IMG/VR virus record: IMGVR_UViG_3300025138_000014 | Location: 64,001 to 128,000 of that record | DNA length: 64,000 nt | Strand: one strand, 5' to 3' | From: a virus | Shown here: in pieces, positions 63,548 to 64,000 of the stretch | Position numbering within the stretch: position 1 is the stretch's first letter | How the letters are laid out: every line of letters begins with the position of its first letter | Notes under the pieces: generated by a model | Database searches by the model: none | Told to the model about the DNA's origin: nothing | Seen by the model: the letters and a program-made list of their open reading frames with translations, nothing else | Translations under genes and position numbers: made by a program

Positions 63548-64000
63548 AAAATCTAATCTATCAAGTTTGGGCTGGTGAATTAAGACCAGGCTGTAAGCAC
63601 TCATCTAAACTTATGAAAGCCTATGCTGATAGAATTGGTGCAGACTACAGACTAGACATTGATCCAAACATTGCTTCGGCAGTATGTGATGTGCCAATGT
63701 ATTTTGAATGGTTGAATCCTATGCTTGATGATTCTTTTTTAGAGTATGATAATGTTCTAGTTGTGGACTTAGATATATTTCCAACTACTAACTGTAGAAA
63801 TATATTTGAAGAGGCTTACTTAGACGTTGGTATTTGCACTGAACCATTTCAAGGTAAATATAGAGCATCTACAATTATTGGTGGCCATATAGGAATAGTT
63901 AACGAAGAAAAGTGGTTTACATCTGTCCAAAAACAGTATAAAATAAATCTACCGAGAGATGCCGATGGTTATCTTAAAGTGTATAATGCTGGAATGGTTT
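63544..64000 (+). CDS. GT-A glycosyltransferase-like protein, 3'-truncated
   Basis: MKNLIYQVW, YADRIGADY, VVDLDIF, YNAG; open to the window end. Confidence 0.65.
   Translation, partial: MKNLIYQVWAGELRPGCKHSSKLMKAYADRIGADYRLDIDPNIASAVCDVPMYFEWLNPMLDDSFLEYDNVLVVDLDIFPTTNCRNIFEEAYLDVGICTEPFQGKYRASTIIGGHIGIVNEEKWFTSVQKQYKINLPRDADGYLKVYNAGMV

Noticed and set aside
1-64000. tRNA, rRNA or CRISPR array
   Set aside because: Intergenic gaps are short and explained by promoters, terminators or small ORFs; no cloverleaf or repeat-spacer periodicity was seen by eye (tRNAscan not run)
1-64000. Stop-codon reassignment
   Set aside because: Core genes are full length under the standard code, and TAA, TAG and TGA all end genes at expected positions

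Overview
64 kb of an AT-rich (roughly 35% GC by eye) T4-like myovirus genome. All convincing protein genes are on the + strand. The host is probably a marine alphaproteobacterium (Rhodobacteraceae-like), judging from a captured atpE, a DUF1127 gene and a ROSE-type leader. In order, the window holds: neck/packaging/tail/head genes (gp14-gp23); a small early island (ArdC-like ssDNA-binding protein, acidic protein); gp3-uvsY-uvsW; gp55, gp47/46, gp45/44/62 (guaC and a glutaredoxin inserted) and regA; a late hsp20 operon; gp43; a sugar-nucleotide/glycosyltransferase locus with an AEP-type primase and a DenA-like nuclease; uvsX, gp41, thyX; auxiliary genes (SleB, class I aldolase, half Na/Pi transporter, mini outer-membrane protein); a block of proteins with T4 internal-protein-like N-termini; spanins; nrdB/nrdA; rnh; phoH; and a terminal glycosyltransferase cluster. 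Eighteen + strand TTTAC(A/T)-N17-TAnnn(T/A) early promoters, one - strand copy, about 10 TATAAATA late promoters and several UUCG terminators are readable. Best candidates for undescribed biology: (1) a late operon with a ROSE RNA thermometer, hsp20, DUF1127 and an ATP synthase c-subunit that keeps its proton-binding Glu but has lost the F1-coupling RNP loop; (2) a cluster of apparently capsid-packaged enzymes (RNA-ligase-like, NMNAT/cytidylyltransferase-like, RelA/SpoT HD hydrolase); (3) a possible uronic-acid DNA hypermodification locus at the T4 gp42/beta-gt position. No tRNA, rRNA or CRISPR array was seen. All family assignments are from motif recognition by eye, not database searches.
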